From a virus, in IMG/VR virus record IMGVR_UViG_3300045988_020086: a stretch of DNA of 50,115 bases; one strand, given 5' to 3'. Below, in pieces: positions 49,681 through 50,115 of this stretch. Under the pieces are notes generated by a model. It saw only the letters and a list, made by a program, of their open reading frames with translations. It was not told the origin of the DNA and ran no database searches. Within the stretch, counting starts at the first letter, position 1. Every line of letters begins with the position of its first letter. The translations under genes were made by a program, and so were the position numbers.

Positions 49681-49776
49681 GCATTCCGCCATGCAAAAAT
49701 CAACAAGCATTCCGTCATGTTTTTGTGCAAAACGTAGAAAGCATTCCGTCATGCTTGACAGTGGCATTCCGTCATG
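49681..49776 (+). promoter_or_regulatory. Four direct operator-like repeats GCATTCCG(C/T)CATG
   Basis: Copies at 49681, 49707, 49741 and 49764. The last two bracket the -35 and fill the spacer of the early promoter. Confidence 0.75.
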
Positions 49777-49783
49777 CTAAGAT
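49755..49783 (+). promoter_or_regulatory. Early promoter
   Basis: TTGACA(49755-49760)-17 nt-TAAGAT(49778-49783). Confidence 0.7.
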
Positions 49784-49851
49784 TAGGCCACAGCAAGCGA
49801 GCCGGACGACAAGCCGGAGCGGTTGCGAGTAAGCCGAAAGGAGTGAACCGC

Positions 49852-49950
49852 ATGAGCAAAGAGTTTTTCCAGCTCCCCGAATCCGTCAAGCGGCGGATTT
49901 GGGCGGAACTGCTCGAACAGTGGGCAAAAAGAAAGCCCGCCACCCACTGA
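49852..49950 (+). CDS. First small early ORF (32 aa), absent from the ORF track
   Basis: AAAGGAG-N8-ATG; MSKEFFQLPESVKRRIWAELLEQWAKRKPATH. Confidence 0.45.
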   Translation: MSKEFFQLPESVKRRIWAELLEQWAKRKPATH

Positions 49951-49974
49951 GCAGGTGACAGGCTTGCAAGATGA

Positions 49975-50115
49975 ATTTCCGAACGTCCATCTTGTAAGCC
50001 AGTTTACCACAGATCGGGGGTGATAGTCAAGCGGATACCCCAGCGGGGCCGCACCGCTCAAAGCGGCCCCGCCCCACTACCCCGGCAGCCCGCCGGGGCA
50101 AACCTGAAAAGCAAA
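49975..50115. repeat. Direct terminal repeat (second copy)
   Basis: Identical to nt 1-141. Confidence 0.95.

Noticed and set aside
1-50115. Integrase, excisionase, CI/Cro-type repressor, ParAB or an att site, which would classify the element as a classical temperate prophage.
   Set aside because: None was recognised in any frame. The lifestyle is therefore left open (virulent, episomal or pseudolysogenic) and no assertion is made.

Overview
The window is a complete tailed-phage genome, or phage-plasmid-like genome. Nt 1-141 repeat exactly at 49975-50115, giving a circular or terminally redundant unit of 49,974 bp. There are two convergent transcription blocks. (1) A + strand early operon starts at a TTGACA-17-TAAGAT promoter (49755-49783), wraps across the window junction and ends at a bidirectional terminator near 6126-6158. 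It holds about 12 small genes of unknown function. (2) A long - strand block runs from about 47.1 kb down to 6.2 kb and contains:
- lambda-like packaging and head genes: two TerS-like proteins, GpA-type TerL, gpW-like protein, lambda-type portal, ClpP-like protease, gpD-like decoration protein and gpE-like capsid protein
- a P2/Mu-like contractile tail: sheath, tube, frameshifted chaperone, tape measure, X, D, V, U-like, W, J and I
- a tail fiber diversified by a diversity-generating retroelement (DGR)
- a lysis cassette, followed by an IS30 insertion
- a DNA-methyltransferase-rich block, many small ORFs, a HUH replication initiator, DUF1064 and a sigma-like late regulator

No integrase or CI-type repressor was seen.

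The most interesting signals are:
- a DGR (reverse transcriptase, Avd-like protein, template repeat) with two adenine-mutagenised variable repeats, one of them 12 kb away in a non-structural gene
- the 7-mer CACGAAA, present 27 times on one strand within 4.7 kb of the early operon and in all codon phases
- six copies of a conserved two-hairpin intergenic module of about 95 nt that punctuate that operon
- four G10-G11 homopolymer tracts that each break a reading frame (MT-A70 methylase, two sites in a motif-permuted C5 methylase, one lipoprotein moron)
- a tRNA-like element in a 430-nt leader
- a GC-rich iteron-like module bounded by 28-bp inverted repeats

All family calls come from reading the translations and recalling motifs. 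No database search was run. The supplied ORF track uses GTG and TTG as well as ATG starts, so several starts were re-picked using Shine-Dalgarno (SD) ribosome-binding sites (RBS).
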